Position numbers and translations under genes: made by a program
Shown: positions 62,104 through 64,000 of the stretch, one piece after another
How positions within the stretch are numbered: the first letter of the stretch is position 1
Layout of the letters: each line of letters starts with the position of its first letter
From: Octopus bimaculoides
Taxonomy: Eukaryota
Direction: 5' to 3'
Assembly: GCF_001194135.2 (NCBI RefSeq)
Contig: NC_068990.1
Coordinates: 73,947,798 to 74,011,797, forward strand
DNA length: 64,000 bases
The notes under the pieces: model-generated
Database searches by the model: none
What the model saw: only the letters and a program-made list of their open reading frames with translations
What the model was told of the DNA's origin: nothing

Positions 62104-62500
62104 CGTAGGAGTGGCTGTTTGGTAAGTAGCCTGCTTATCAACCACATGGTTCCGGGTTCAGTCCCACTTCGTGGCACCTTGGCCAAGTGCCTTCAACTAT
62201 ATCCTTGGGCCACCAAAGCCTTGTGAGTGGATTTGGTAGATGGAAACTGAAAGAGGCTCATTGTATATATGTATATACATATATATTTATGTGTGTGTGT
62301 CTGTGTTTGTCCCCGCAACATCGTTTGACAACCGATGCTGTTGTATTTATGTCCCTGTAACATAGCAGTTCAGCAAAAGAAACCAATAGAATAAGTACTA
62401 GGCTTACAAAGAATAAATATGGAGTCGATTTGCTCGACTAAAGGTGGAGCTCCAGCATGGCCACAGTCAAATGACTGAAACAAGTAAAAGAGTAAAAGAA
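62101..62500 (+). mobile_element. Full SINE family B
   Basis: A-box and B-box head, gtggcaccttggccaagtg, internal microsatellite and gtaaaaga tail. Confidence 0.9.
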
Positions 62501-62575
62501 TATATATATAAGGAAAATAAGAAAATAGAGATTAATAAACAAATAAGTATATTTATTAATTGCAAAAATAAGTAT

Positions 62576-62827
62576 CCTGGACTGGCTTGTGCGGGTGGCA
62601 CATAAAAGACACCATTTCGAACGTGGCCGTTTTCGTGCGGGTGACACGTAAAAGCACCCACTACACTCTCTGAGTGGTTGGCGTTAGGAAGGGCATCCAG
62701 CTGTAGAAACTCTGCCAAATCAGACTGGAGCCTGGTGTTGCCATCCGGTTTCACCAGTCCTCAGTCAAATCGTCCAACCCATGCTAGCATGGAAAGCGGA
62801 CGTTAAACGATGATGATGATGATGATG
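62576..62827 (+). mobile_element. Young RTE LINE 3' UTR copy
   Basis: Nearly identical to 10715-10969. Confidence 0.9.
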
Positions 62828-62998
62828 AATTCCTGACAGCTGTTTCGATTCAGACTTTAAAGATTTTAATTGAAATAATCAAATCATTATAAAATAGAAT
62901 CTCATCAGAAGTAACAAAAAAAAGATAGATAAGTATATATTCAATATATATATATATGTATTCAATATATATAAATTTATATATGTGTGTATATAAGT

Positions 62999-63032
<34 letters not shown>

Positions 63033-63639
63033 GTAGTATGTTTGTGTGTTTGACCACATGTTCTTGTGTGTGTTTCTGTCTGTCTTTTTGTATGTATGTA
63101 TGTATGTGCTTAGATATGTATACATATTAATGTAGGTATAATGTCAGACGTTATAGCATGGAAAAACAGCGTAAACTGATGGCCTGATATTTGCTCTTTT
63201 TTTCTTTTCTTTTCCTTTTGTTTTTGGATGAATTTGATCATTTATCATCTTTACCAATTAAAAATTGTTATTTGTTATGCATGAAAATTTTAAGTCAACT
63301 TAAAAGAAGAAATATATTGAGTATGCATACATCGGTTTTCATGATGTACCCCACTGTGGTAAATCCAATTGATAATTTTGTGTAATTTTCCAGTTTTATA
63401 AACGATAATTTCAAAGTGTCTGCATTCATTTCATATCTAATATCTGACATTTAAATAGTAATCAGGTTCGTTAAGATTCATTGTGACAACATTTTCAGCA
63501 AAAGTTTATTATATATAGGCATTAGATCCATTAGTATATGGTTGATTATAACTGTTACACATTTATAAATAGTTCTCACTGCTTACTGTAAGTACTGAGT
63601 ACTGTTACCTTTTCCATGACAACACTTCCATTTATTATC

Positions 63640-63990
63640 ACCATCCTCTAATGTCCATTTTTTCTCTGCTGGCATGGGTTGAATGTTTTTATAGGAACTG
63701 ACATGTCAAAAGACTGTACCAAGTTCTCTGTTTGCTTTGGTATGGCTTCCATGGTTTCTACAGCTGGATGGCCATCAGAATGCAAACCCCTTAGAGTGTA
63801 CCGAGTGCGTTTTCCTCTTCACATCACCACCAGCAGCAGCAGCTAGGTCACCAAGTAACTTGTAAAACAAAGACCTCCCCCACTTTAACTGAGAGTGGGA
63901 GTGATATTGCGAGAGGTGGCTTTATGCCAGGTGATGAGAGGTTAGAGTAAGAACAGAGGGACAGAAATAGGGGTCTTGCAGTAGGGGATA
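63640..63990 (-). mobile_element. Old RTE-3'UTR-like copy
   Basis: tgtccatttttt...ggcatgggtt...ggtttctacagctggatggcc resembles the conserved block. Confidence 0.55.
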
Positions 63991-64000
63991 TATATATATA

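Overview
This window is AT-rich, repeat-saturated eukaryotic DNA from a gapped draft assembly; most N-runs are flanked by (TA)n or (TG)n. The repeat families (RTE LINE 3' ends with (GAT)n tails, several tRNA-headed SINEs including a Deu/Nin-domain type, TTAA-flanked MITEs) look like octopus/coleoid cephalopod DNA. That taxonomic call is recalled pattern knowledge, not a database result. I find no intact protein-coding gene; nearly all ORF-track entries are microsatellite, N-gap or transposon artefacts. The window is most likely intronic or intergenic. Supported content: RTE LINE relics; at least five restriction-like-endonuclease (R4/Dong-type) LINE fragments sitting in or next to microsatellites; a HERO-like LINE 3' end; a Tx1-like fragment; three Tc1/mariner relics; a hAT 3' end; piggyBac-like MITEs; a solo LTR; and a two-part minisatellite at about 21.3-23.7 kb. 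The most interesting signals are three hammerhead-ribozyme-like motifs (one nearly intact at 61903-61980), a solo LTR carrying two genome-encoded, CCA-terminated copies of the tRNA-Trp 3' end, and a 24-nt candidate microexon at 30086-30109. Many repeat boundaries are approximate by about 10-20 nt.
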